IMG/VR virus record: IMGVR_UViG_3300020165_000007
Location: 186,001 to 250,000 of that record
Direction: 5' to 3' (one strand)
Length of the DNA stretch: 64,000 nt
The notes below the pieces were generated by a model that made no database searches, was not told the DNA's origin, and saw only the letters and a program-made list of their open reading frames with translations. The first letter of the stretch is position 1, and every line of letters begins with the position of its first letter. Both the position numbers and the translations under genes were made by a program. Of the stretch, positions 55,396-64,000 are shown piece after piece.

Positions 55396-57396
55396 TTATT
55401 GTGACTTATAATTGTGTGAGAATAATTTTTTCATTCTGTCAACATTCTCATTAATTTTTAATTTATTTTTATCTTCTTTTTTAGATTCAGGTAACGTAAT
55501 ACCTGCCATCTTACTATTATGTCTTTTTTTACCTGGGTAATCAGTTATAGGTTGGGTTGCCTTATTATAAGCCATATTTTTAAGTTGAGCTAAGACATTC
55601 TTTTCCATTCTTTGTTTAACTTCGTCTCCGACATCAGTAGCCACAGCATTTCCCCACTCAGGATTATTACCTGTATCAGATGAACCCATAATGTTTTTAT
55701 CTAACCATTCCTCATCTGGCTTAATTTGGTCGTATTCTAAGTTTTCTTGTCCTCCTGAACGTGCAATTTGTTCTATATACTCCTCAACACCATCCGAAGC
55801 CGTATACATCATCTTATCATCTTTTATGTCTCCATTACCTGATGGAAATTTTTTGGGGTTAGTTTCATACTTCGCGTTGGAACCTTTTAAAAAGTTTGAT
55901 AGTTTGGACGCTAAATCTTTCATATAACTTTCGGTGTCTTTTTTGCTCTGTTTAAGAGCTTTGTTTTGAGAAGTTATTCCCTCTATCTTTTGTTCTTCAA
56001 TTATTTTTTCAATCAAGTCTATCATATCCTCCTCACTTAACTGTAAACTCTTTTTACCTTCATGAAAATCTAAAGGTGCATTAAAAGAACCTGAAGATGA
56101 CGCACCAGTGGCTTCTTTAGTCTCTTTCTTTTTCTTTTTCTTATCTTTAGCAGCTTTTTTCATAGATTCTTTTTTGTTTCCATCACCATCTAAATCTAAA
56201 AAGTCAGGTTTTTCATCTTCCTTCATTTCATCTTGTTTTTTAATGTTAGAATCAACACCAATAACTTCTCCTGGTCTACCATCAAATTCATCTCTGTCTT
56301 CAGGAGCCTTACCCATATCTTCTTTGGTGACCATTCTTTCCTGTTTTCTCTGTTTAGCAATCTCATAGAATTCAGTCATATCATCAATTTCTTCTGAGAC
56401 AGACTCTGTTATATGTTTGGCTTTTTTATTAATCTCTTCAGACAGTACTTTGTCTACTATCCCATCAATCATATTTTCAATTTCTTTATTCATTTCGGTA
56501 CTTTTATAATAAATATTAGTGTTTTCTAAAATAACACCTTTTATGTAATCTTGATTTAATTTATATCTTGTTGATATGTTTTTTATTGCTTCGTTTACTA
56601 AATTATTTTCAAAAAACTCTAAAGCTTTTATATCTCCCTGATTACAATATGGGAAAGTTTTACATTTATTTTTTATCTTAACGAACTTACCTCCCGGTCC
56701 TCCATACTTTGGGAAGTTCTTGTCTTTCACAGACCTTAAATCTTTATAAACAGTATCAGGGTTGGAAAGTTTCAGTGGGTCTTTCTTTGGTCCCCCAAAT
56801 GGTGCGTCATAAGGTCCTGATGATGATGCTGTTGTCGCTTCTTTGGCTTCTTCCTTATGTGATTTAGATTCCATATCTTCTAATTTATCGTAATAATATA
56901 AATCTTCATATATATGGTCCATAGCAATTTCAATAGCTATGGATTTATCATTAGTGTGTTCCATTTCAACATTAACACCCTTTTCCATTTTATCTAAAAG
57001 TTGTGTAATATCGACCTCATGTTTATTAGCTAAATCACTAACAGTCATTCCGTCAGCTAATCCTCCAGGTATTTCATCTTCATTCACAGATTTAGATAGT
57101 TTTGTTTCAGTGTCAGGTTGAAATAATGTATTTTTAACGGGTTCGGTAAACATCGGCTTTTCGAAAGACCCTGATGAAGATGAGCCAGTCGCTTCTTTAG
57201 CCTCAACTTTAGTAATCTCCTCGAAAAACTCATCATAATCCTCTTCCTTTATCTCTTTTTCCGCTTTACTCAAACTAGTCATCATTTTTCCATAATTTTT
57301 TATCGGTATTGGGTTTTTGCCTGTGGTAATCTGTGTAGCGGCGTCTCTAAACTCACCGCTTAAGGCTTTTTTAAATTGTTGGTTAACTGAACTCAT
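55396..57396 (-). CDS. Large charged mosaic protein (DUF5661-like segment, 3x KEAT..SSSG repeat); probable head-internal/scaffold protein
   Basis: IPGGLADG...GVNVEMEHT...EIAMDH..ED..YYDKL; KPDFLDLDGDGNKKESMKKA; internal repeats. Confidence 0.65.
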   Translation of the reverse strand: MSSVNQQFKKALSGEFRDAATQITTGKNPIPIKNYGKMMTSLSKAEKEIKEEDYDEFFEEITKVEAKEATGSSSSGSFEKPMFTEPVKNTLFQPDTETKLSKSVNEDEIPGGLADGMTVSDLANKHEVDITQLLDKMEKGVNVEMEHTNDKSIAIEIAMDHIYEDLYYYDKLEDMESKSHKEEAKEATTASSSGPYDAPFGGPKKDPLKLSNPDTVYKDLRSVKDKNFPKYGGPGGKFVKIKNKCKTFPYCNQGDIKALEFFENNLVNEAIKNISTRYKLNQDYIKGVILENTNIYYKSTEMNKEIENMIDGIVDKVLSEEINKKAKHITESVSEEIDDMTEFYEIAKQRKQERMVTKEDMGKAPEDRDEFDGRPGEVIGVDSNIKKQDEMKEDEKPDFLDLDGDGNKKESMKKAAKDKKKKKKETKEATGASSSGSFNAPLDFHEGKKSLQLSEEDMIDLIEKIIEEQKIEGITSQNKALKQSKKDTESYMKDLASKLSNFLKGSNAKYETNPKKFPSGNGDIKDDKMMYTASDGVEEYIEQIARSGGQENLEYDQIKPDEEWLDKNIMGSSDTGNNPEWGNAVATDVGDEVKQRMEKNVLAQLKNMAYNKATQPITDYPGKKRHNSKMAGITLPESKKEDKNKLKINENVDRMKKLFSHNYKSQ

Positions 57397-57644
57397 TACT
57401 TAACATTTTTTAAAGATGGTTCCCAAAAACTTCTTCTAGTCCACATAATCTTATAGAACTCTTTCATGATTTTAGTCACTATTTCGTTTATATCACCACG
57501 TATCTTTCCGTTATTAATTTCTTTTTGAATATTATCTACAATTTTTTTTTCGAATTGTTGAATCGTATTAGAGTTAAGAAAGTCTTTAATCTCTTTCCTA
57601 ACTATCACTTCAATATCCTTTTTATCTGTATTACTTAGTGCCAT
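57396..57644 (-). CDS. Hypothetical protein
   Basis: ORF; TATTTAT 57650-57656. Confidence 0.65.
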   Translation of the reverse strand: MALSNTDKKDIEVIVRKEIKDFLNSNTIQQFEKKIVDNIQKEINNGKIRGDINEIVTKIMKEFYKIMWTRRSFWEPSLKNVK

Positions 57645-57656
57645 CACATATAAATA

Positions 57657-58283
57657 TCACTCATTCTTTAATTTCCAATGAATACCTCCTCCAATTGATA
57701 AATTATTTTCTATATCTGTTCCTAAACCTAAAATAAATAGATTTCCTTTTCTACTCTTTACCGCACCTTCTAAACCCATCCAATTAATTTTTTTCATATT
57801 ATATCTTGTCCCAAAACCCACGTATAATTCTAACTTATTAATATCTTCTATTCTGTTAATAGTTTTTATTGGTATTTCTATATCTTGAATATAACTTCTT
57901 GATAAGATATTATTATTATATATGGTGTCAATCACCTCTACATAACCTATACTATCAATCTGTAATGTATCAATATATACGTTTCTTTGGTGGTATCTTT
58001 GAATAATATTTAATGTATCTACTTCTATAGGTACATTAACAATTACAGTATCATATATAAACTTTGTATTTGTTTTCCATAGTGTCTTAATCTTAACAGT
58101 CTCTATGGTGTCGATTAGAGTTTCAGTCTCAATAATAGTTATAGGCTCAGATATTGTAAGTTTATTATCCTCTTCACACTTAATTAAAAAAAGAATTACA
58201 ACAATTAAAGTAAAAATTGTTATGTTTTTTACTCTTCCCCTGCGGGCATAGTTTTCTTTCTTTGTGCTAACGTTTTGGCCCAT
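57657..58283 (-). CDS. Membrane-anchored/lipoprotein-like protein (DT-rich), possible lysis accessory
   Basis: TM ending LIKC; repeated (I/V)DT; C-terminal beta-strands. Confidence 0.55.
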   Translation of the reverse strand: MGQNVSTKKENYARRGRVKNITIFTLIVVILFLIKCEEDNKLTISEPITIIETETLIDTIETVKIKTLWKTNTKFIYDTVIVNVPIEVDTLNIIQRYHQRNVYIDTLQIDSIGYVEVIDTIYNNNILSRSYIQDIEIPIKTINRIEDINKLELYVGFGTRYNMKKINWMGLEGAVKSRKGNLFILGLGTDIENNLSIGGGIHWKLKNE

Positions 58284-58810
58284 TTTGATTTAAATTTTTC
58301 ATAAAAAGATGTTAATTTATTTATTAACTCAACTAACTCTGTATCTAATTTAATCATATCTCCATTAATATATACGCCGTTATTTTCTCCTATAGTAAAA
58401 TAAAATTCTAAATCAAAGTCAATTACTTTACCTGACCAATCAACATTATTAGGGTAAATATTTAACGTACCAAAGTCAGATAGGTCAGAGACTTCATTAA
58501 CAAAATCATCCATAGTCTCTTGGTAGGATAGCTTCTCATCTGTAGATAGTTCTAAGTCTTGCTTATTCTTTCCATGAAGTGTTATTAAACCTCCAGATAC
58601 CCTATATGTCTTTTGCTTATCTTCTTTAGGTCTTGTATCTAATTCAATCTCCTCCTCACTATCAGCGGCTAAATTATCTGGTTTAATGTCCATTTCTTTT
58701 AAGAGTCCACTTTTAATTAAAGTTTTTTTAGACTCCTCTAATCCACTAACACCCATTAAGTTTCTACTACTTTTTAGTAGATTTTTGATTTCGTCGTATT
58801 GGTTACTCAT
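58229..58810 (-). CDS. Leader-bearing hypothetical protein
   Basis: MSNQYDEIKNLLK...GLLKE; TATTTAT 58825-58831. Confidence 0.7.
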   Translation of the reverse strand: MSNQYDEIKNLLKSSRNLMGVSGLEESKKTLIKSGLLKEMDIKPDNLAADSEEEIELDTRPKEDKQKTYRVSGGLITLHGKNKQDLELSTDEKLSYQETMDDFVNEVSDLSDFGTLNIYPNNVDWSGKVIDFDLEFYFTIGENNGVYINGDMIKLDTELVELINKLTSFYEKFKSKWAKTLAQRKKTMPAGEE

Positions 58811-59399
58811 CTTTTATTTTATTTATAAATATATCGAAATCAAAAGCAGGATTCAAATCAGTATTAATTATATCATAATTACTATTACTAGATATACCTT
58901 TAAATCTTTCTATTTTGTCTACCTTAACATTATGTCCTACACTCATTTTAGGTATTTCGTAATCCTCACATAGTTTATTCACTACATTAATCAGTGATTC
59001 CATTTGGTTATCTGTGTATGGTTGCCAAAAGTGATGACCTCTCCATTTTCTACTATATATTTCATCTTCATGTATATCACCTATCCAATTAATAAAATTA
59101 TGAGTTAAAGGGTTTTTTCTCAACCACCCTAAATTTTCCAAACAAACGATTATAGACTGTTTGTTACTCTTGTTAGTTTCCATATAATAACTGTACGTGT
59201 CCGTTGGTATTATACTATATATGTCCCCTTCTCTTCCGATAATAAAATGTGGTAATTTTTTATTATCTCCATTATACCTGTACTTTAATGAGGAAATATA
59301 ATCTTTTAGATTTCTAGAAGTATGAGTGAGAATTATTTGTTTTTTTTTCTTATATCTTCCTACAGGTTTAAAACCATCAATAATATTAACTTTTATCAT
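58803..59399 (-). CDS. N-acetylmuramoyl-L-alanine amidase-like (Amidase_2) protein
   Basis: IILTHT, PHFIIGREGDIY, SIIVCLEN, YTDNQMESL..L. Confidence 0.7.
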   Translation of the reverse strand: MIKVNIIDGFKPVGRYKKKKQIILTHTSRNLKDYISSLKYRYNGDNKKLPHFIIGREGDIYSIIPTDTYSYYMETNKSNKQSIIVCLENLGWLRKNPLTHNFINWIGDIHEDEIYSRKWRGHHFWQPYTDNQMESLINVVNKLCEDYEIPKMSVGHNVKVDKIERFKGISSNSNYDIINTDLNPAFDFDIFINKIKDE

Positions 59400-60420
59400 T
59401 ACGTTTTTTATAAACTAACCTTTTATTGTTTTGAACTTTTTCCATTGTAATCGGTTCTTCTATAATCTCTTCTTTAGGTTCTTCTATAATCTCTTCTTTA
59501 GGTTCTTCTATAATCTCTTCTTTAGGTTCTTCTTTAGGTTCTTCTATAATCTCTTCTATAATAATAGTATTATTTTTTTGTGATAAGTCATTATTATTTT
59601 CTTTTTTTCTTATAGTTTTAAATAAGAAGTTAGCCGCAATTACAAGTGCAATAGCGAGTGGGTCAAATACAAAAATTATAACTAAGAGTAAGTAATTAAT
59701 AATTTTATTCATCGGTAGCCCTGTTAATTCACTTAAGTATTTTAACGGTCCTAATTCAGCTGCTACATCAGAATTAGATTCTATATTTAATATTTTAATA
59801 TCTAAAGATGTTATAGAATCTGTAACTGATTCTAGTTTTACTGATAAATTATTTTTATTATCTATTGCCTCGTCTAACTGTGATTGTAAAGCTCGTCTAT
59901 TAGAAGATGAAGTTGTTGTGATTATTTGACCTGTCTCTTGGTCTTTATATTGAATTACATTGTTGGAGATACCGTCCCTAAGTGATGATATACTTTCTTC
60001 AACAATTTTCTTTTCTTCTATAATATATTCTCGATTTTCAATGAAACGACTACGTTTAACATCTAATAAATTAATTTCTTTATCAATTATTCCTGATTTT
60101 GAGGCGGTTTCTTGATATGCCGCAGATAAAAATCCATATATACCCATAGAGGTAATAATAACTAATGTAGTTGCCGCTACGGTTAAATAGAATCGTAACA
60201 CTTTATTTAATTCATCCCAATATTGATACAGTAATGAGGCGATAATAAGTTTAGAAACTTCTAATGAAGAAGCCATAATTATTACTTCAAAACTTGCACC
60301 GGCAAACAATTTACTTAATCCAGTTATTGAATAAAATGCCGCGGAAGCACTAACTGACAACGCAGATAGTGCAACCATGGTTGGGAATAATATTTCTTTT
60401 AATCTTTGTATAAATCTCAT
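59386..60420 (-). CDS. Multi-TM coiled-coil membrane protein conserved in T4-like phages
   Basis: AAFYSITGL...LEVSKL...GIYGFLS; ELGPLKYLS; IIFVFDPLAIAL. Confidence 0.75.
   Translation of the reverse strand: MRFIQRLKEILFPTMVALSALSVSASAAFYSITGLSKLFAGASFEVIIMASSLEVSKLIIASLLYQYWDELNKVLRFYLTVAATTLVIITSMGIYGFLSAAYQETASKSGIIDKEINLLDVKRSRFIENREYIIEEKKIVEESISSLRDGISNNVIQYKDQETGQIITTTSSSNRRALQSQLDEAIDNKNNLSVKLESVTDSITSLDIKILNIESNSDVAAELGPLKYLSELTGLPMNKIINYLLLVIIFVFDPLAIALVIAANFLFKTIRKKENNNDLSQKNNTIIIEEIIEEPKEEPKEEIIEEPKEEIIEEPKEEIIEEPITMEKVQNNKRLVYKKRNDKS
59453..59560. repeat. 24-bp coding tandem repeat (EEIIEEPK)
   Basis: GGTTCTTCTATAATCTCTTCTTTA, about 4 copies plus a 12-bp half unit. Confidence 0.9.
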
Positions 60421-60458
60421 TTGATTATTTTTAGTCTACCTATAAATAGACTAAGTTA

Positions 60459-61274
60459 TTACAAATAATCAAAAAGTATACTACTCTCGTTTCTTAGTTT
60501 TCTTAAAGCCTTTTCTTTAATTTGTCTAACTCTTTCCTTTGTTAGGTTAAAATCTTTACCTATTTCTTCTAAAGTTTTAGGTGTTCCGCTTATTCCGTAA
60601 TAATCTTTAACTATTACTTGCTCTCTTTTATCTAAAGTTTTCATAATCGCAAATAATTTACCTTTTAAAGCCTTATCATCATTAAAAGTTGCGTCAGGAC
60701 TGCTAGAGTTTTCATTCTCAATTAAATCAAGTAACGTATCACCTTCCTCATTGATGTGATTATCTAAACCTGTAACTTTCGGTAAAGAAGTGAATTTTGC
60801 ATCCATCTCTTTATTTGTCTTTTGACACTCTTTTTTAGCCTTATAAAGGTCTTGGACTACATTTACCGGTAGACGGATTGTACGAGAGTTCTCATTTAAT
60901 GATTGCAAAATTGATTGCTTAATCCACCAAACCGCGTAAGATATAAATCTTAGGTTCTTAGTCCAATCAAAGTTTTTTATCGCCTTCATGAGTCCGTAAT
61001 TACCCTCAGCGATTAAATCACTTAAGTCTAACCCCTGATTTTGGTATTGTTTGGCCACTGTAATAACAAACCTTAGATTACCTTGTAAAAGTTCTTGGTG
61101 AATTTCTTCTTTTTGTTTTTCAGTACATTCGACTGAACATATGATTTTTGCCAATTCTTTTTCTCTTTCTGGCGTCATAACTTTAATCTTACGGATATCT
61201 TTAAGATACATTTGTATCTCATCTTGATTGATAGGATTGTGATTGTTCATTAAATTAAGTTTTTGAGTATTCAT
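60459..61274 (-). CDS. RNA polymerase sigma factor, RpoD/SigA family (Bacteroidota type, no region 1.1)
   Basis: NLRFVITVAKQYQNQG, DLIAEGN.GL.KA, RFISYAVWWIKQSI, RTIRLP, LTKERVRQIKEKALRKLR. Confidence 0.93.
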   Translation of the reverse strand: MNTQKLNLMNNHNPINQDEIQMYLKDIRKIKVMTPEREKELAKIICSVECTEKQKEEIHQELLQGNLRFVITVAKQYQNQGLDLSDLIAEGNYGLMKAIKNFDWTKNLRFISYAVWWIKQSILQSLNENSRTIRLPVNVVQDLYKAKKECQKTNKEMDAKFTSLPKVTGLDNHINEEGDTLLDLIENENSSSPDATFNDDKALKGKLFAIMKTLDKREQVIVKDYYGISGTPKTLEEIGKDFNLTKERVRQIKEKALRKLRNESSILFDYL

Positions 61275-61836
61275 CTAAAATTTGTTTTTCTATTTTGGTT
61301 AGTGAGGTCATACCTTCCTCTTTTATTTTTTCAAGGATGTCGTCCATACTTGGTTTTTCTTCATTTACTTTAGCCATAATATTCTCAAACATCTCATTCA
61401 TTTTTTCCTCTGGTAAAACGTTTTCAGGTAATATAGTAGATGCCGCATTTAATAAAAAGTTGTCTATAATATCTGTCATATCTTTAAAATTAAAATCTTT
61501 TTGTTCAACATTATCATTCTCTTCATTTAAATCAAATAGATTTAACTTTAATTCAGGAGGCATAAAAGCATACATATGTTGTGGTCTCTCTATGAGAAAG
61601 TATTGTGGAGCCACCTTTTCTAAAACCAAATGAATATAATCCCTAATCTCATAAAAAGGTAGAAGACTTTCTAAATTCATTACGATACCATAATCACCAT
61701 AATTATATTTTAGATATGAGTCTTTATTAGTAAAAGGAGATATTTGAGTCGCTATTAATCTGACTAACTCGTCGTCGTTTTTGAAGTTTCCAAAAATGAA
61801 TATCATGTATTGGAATTTCTCGGTTTTATTATCCAT
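61255..61836 (-). CDS. Hypothetical protein with C-terminal DUF6576-like helix pair
   Basis: MDDILEKIKEEGMTSLTKIEKQIL. Confidence 0.6.
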   Translation of the reverse strand: MDNKTEKFQYMIFIFGNFKNDDELVRLIATQISPFTNKDSYLKYNYGDYGIVMNLESLLPFYEIRDYIHLVLEKVAPQYFLIERPQHMYAFMPPELKLNLFDLNEENDNVEQKDFNFKDMTDIIDNFLLNAASTILPENVLPEEKMNEMFENIMAKVNEEKPSMDDILEKIKEEGMTSLTKIEKQILDEYSKT

Positions 61837-61889
61837 ATGTTGTGTTTTATATTTATATATACTTATCTTAATATGTAAAAATTTACGTA

Positions 61890-62279
61890 TTAAAGTTGTA
61901 TTTCAAATCTGTTCTTCATTCTCTCAATAGATTCTGAAGGAACTCCATGAATATTATCACCACTATGACGATTTTCCACAATCAAAGAGAATACCAAATA
62001 ACCTTTTTCTTCAGACATATCTATATATGGTTTCATCTCCCACTCTTGTGTTGAAGTGTTAGATACTACGATTCTCTCAACCTCTTCGTCCATCCATTCA
62101 TTAACCATATTCTGACACCACTTGTGTGCGATAGGTAGACTCGTAGGGTCAAAGTTATATTCTCCATCATCATTAGTAAAATACATGTCGGCTTCGATGT
62201 GATATCCACCAAGAGATTCTGCAAGAGTGGACTTACCACTACCGGGAAGTCCTCGAAGGATATAAAGTTCTTTTTTCAT
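61890..62279 (-). CDS. AAA_33-type P-loop kinase
   Basis: LRGLPGSGKST, EADMYF, VVSNT, HGVP. Confidence 0.85.
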   Translation of the reverse strand: MKKELYILRGLPGSGKSTLAESLGGYHIEADMYFTNDDGEYNFDPTSLPIAHKWCQNMVNEWMDEEVERIVVSNTSTQEWEMKPYIDMSEEKGYLVFSLIVENRHSGDNIHGVPSESIERMKNRFEIQL

Positions 62280-62578
62280 TATGCAAATTTTACTTCAGTA
62301 TTAACAACTTTAACCACATTCACAACACTATCGTTATTAATCATCTCAATAACACGGTAAGTGAACCCTTCTTTGGTTTCACCCGGTAGATTCTCTACCG
62401 GAAGTTTGTTACCTTTACGGTATCCAACCTGCATGTTACTCAACGCAAATGCAGTACCACTACTACTATGACCTCCATAAAAGCTATACTTAAGGCTACC
62501 ATCGACCAAGTTACACACAAGTGTTTTCTTGTTCTTCATACCATCTTCAAGATGGAAATGGAATATTTTTTCTGACAT
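62279..62578 (-). CDS. Hypothetical protein
   Basis: ORF preceded by TATATTTG (62598-62605). Confidence 0.65.
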   Translation of the reverse strand: MSEKIFHFHLEDGMKNKKTLVCNLVDGSLKYSFYGGHSSSGTAFALSNMQVGYRKGNKLPVENLPGETKEGFTYRVIEMINNDSVVNVVKVVNTEVKFA

Positions 62579-62616
62579 GTTTATTTTGTTTGTGGTACAA
62601 ATATAGGTATAAAGTT

Positions 62617-63549
62617 TTAACTGACCAAAAAAGTATCACTAATTGAACGATTTTCTACTAAACAATGTAATGTGGTTGCAAAAAGTTCGTTAGTTGGGAT
62701 TACTTTTATCTTACCGTTAGTCTTGGTTTTGTCAATAGGTATTGTGTCTGTGACAATAAGTTCTGTTAGAACACTTTCTTCAATTCTCTGATATGCGGGT
62801 CCACTAAGAACTGCATGTGTACATAGAGCTCTAACGGATTTTGCTCCGTTATCCATCATTAGTGATGCGGCCTTAGTTAAAGTACCCGCAGTGTCACATA
62901 TATCGTCAACCAACACCACATCCTTACCACTAACGTCACCGATTACTGTCATACTGTCAACTTGATTAGCGACCTTACGTTGTTTGTAACAAATAGCCAT
63001 ATCAACACCCAAAAATTTTGAGTAAGAATTAGCTCTCTTAGTTCCGCCAGTGTCAGGGGTTGCAATACATAGGTTATTAATATTCATTTTTTGAAGATGT
63101 GGTACAAATAGTGTATTAGCATATAGGTGGTCTACAGGTACTTCAAAAAACCCTTGTATTTGGTCTGCATGTAAGTCCATAGTCACTACTCTATCAACAC
63201 CTGAAGCAGTTAAAAGGTTAGCCACAAGTTTTGCTCCGATGGGTACTCGTGGTTTATCTTTTCTATCTTGCCTTGCATATCCGAAATAGGGGATAACTGC
63301 GATGATTCTTTTCGCACTAGCTCTTTTCGCTGCGTCAACCAATAATAATAATTCCATAAGGTTATCAGTTGGTGGGAAGGTTGATTGAATAATTGCCACC
63401 TCATCTCCTCTAATAGTTTCTTCAATACTAACTGAGAATTCACCATCACTAAACCGATGTGTCTTAACAGGAACCAATTTAGTTCCAAACGATTTTGCCA
63501 CTTTTTGGGCATACTCTTTTGATGCCGAGCCAGCCATAATTTTTAACAT
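62617..63549 (-). CDS. prs: Ribose-phosphate pyrophosphokinase (PRPP synthetase)
   Basis: FSDGE, PYFGYARQDRK, DLHADQIQGFF, VDDICDTAGTL. Confidence 0.97.
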   Translation of the reverse strand: MLKIMAGSASKEYAQKVAKSFGTKLVPVKTHRFSDGEFSVSIEETIRGDEVAIIQSTFPPTDNLMELLLLVDAAKRASAKRIIAVIPYFGYARQDRKDKPRVPIGAKLVANLLTASGVDRVVTMDLHADQIQGFFEVPVDHLYANTLFVPHLQKMNINNLCIATPDTGGTKRANSYSKFLGVDMAICYKQRKVANQVDSMTVIGDVSGKDVVLVDDICDTAGTLTKAASLMMDNGAKSVRALCTHAVLSGPAYQRIEESVLTELIVTDTIPIDKTKTNGKIKVIPTNELFATTLHCLVENRSISDTFLVS

Positions 63550-63551
63550 TT

Positions 63552-64000
63552 TTAAACTCTTTTTGAATATCCAACTACTTGATAAAAATCCTTTTTTCCT
63601 TCTGTATACTCTTTAACAAGACCCAAAAGGTTTCTAAACATAAACGCCCCCTCTGTCTGTTTCTCACATTTAGTGAATAACTCAATAAATGTTGTGAGTG
63701 TACTTACAGTGTAATAACCACTTTTAGATAAACTACCGTATTTTTCTTGTAGTTGGTTATTAACGTATTGTAATTCGTAACCATTTCTCTCATCGATACT
63801 ATTGAATGGTTGTATGGTATCATACATACCAATCATATCATTAATGTAATTTTTTACAGTATCTTTTTGTGTTTCACATTTAACCAATAGGTCCACAATC
63901 CAGTGAGTGTGGGAAGGCGTCCGAAGACGCCCTCCTTCCTCTTTATATTTGACGATGAAATCTAACTCAGGATTCCCGCCACGGAACCCCTGATAGATAG
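63552..64000 (-). CDS. Hypothetical protein, 5' end outside window
   Basis: Frame stays open past 63896 to the window edge (IYQGFRGGNPELDFIVKYKEEGGRLRTPSHTHWIVDLLVK). Confidence 0.7.
   Translation of the reverse strand, partial: IYQGFRGGNPELDFIVKYKEEGGRLRTPSHTHWIVDLLVKCETQKDTVKNYINDMIGMYDTIQPFNSIDERNGYELQYVNNQLQEKYGSLSKSGYYTVSTLTTFIELFTKCEKQTEGAFMFRNLLGLVKEYTEGKKDFYQVVGYSKRV

Noticed and set aside
59453-59560. Possible CRISPR array
   Set aside because: Repeats are contiguous with no spacers and in frame within a CDS; no cas genes or repeat-spacer arrays seen in the window
63916-63931. GGCGTC-CGAA-GACGCC hairpin as terminator or ncRNA
   Set aside because: Falls inside an open frame that continues to the window edge (GRLRTPSHTHW) and has no U-tract
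1-64000. Stop-codon reassignment as in some Bacteroidota megaphages
   Set aside because: Known enzymes are full-motif and uninterrupted under code 11; TGA and TAG both end genes

Overview
AT-rich (~30% GC), densely coding 64-kb segment that looks like part of a jumbo/huge tailed phage infecting Bacteroidota (probably Flavobacteriia). This is an inference: no terminase, capsid or polymerase gene is in the window. Support comes from a mosaic of short ORFans, T4-like accessory genes, host-type TAnnTTTG promoters, a Bacteroidota-type RpoD, T9SS sorting domains and a SusC-like TonB receptor. The window carries many auxiliary metabolic genes (purA, thyA, DHFR, prs, pckA, GSII, rmlB, trx/grx, PiT-like transporter), two orphan DNA methyltransferases, DnaJ and lysis-type genes. 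Four things stand out. (1) A ~820-nt highly structured non-coding RNA at 27.2-28.06 kb on the minus strand (GOLLD-like) with its own promoter and terminator. (2) At least 13 unrelated proteins share short N-terminal leaders ending in (I/L/V)-X-E, most preceded by a TATTTAT motif; this suggests a capsid-targeting/protease-cleaved cargo system. (3) A motif-dense, gene-poor 8.7-10.45 kb region (G-tracts, iteron-like 9-mers, DnaA-box-like and MraZ-box-like repeats, cGAAg mini-hairpins) is a candidate origin or genome terminus. (4) Duplicated metallothionein-like lipoproteins and T9SS/outer-membrane remodelling genes are present. Family names are from recalled motifs, not database searches.
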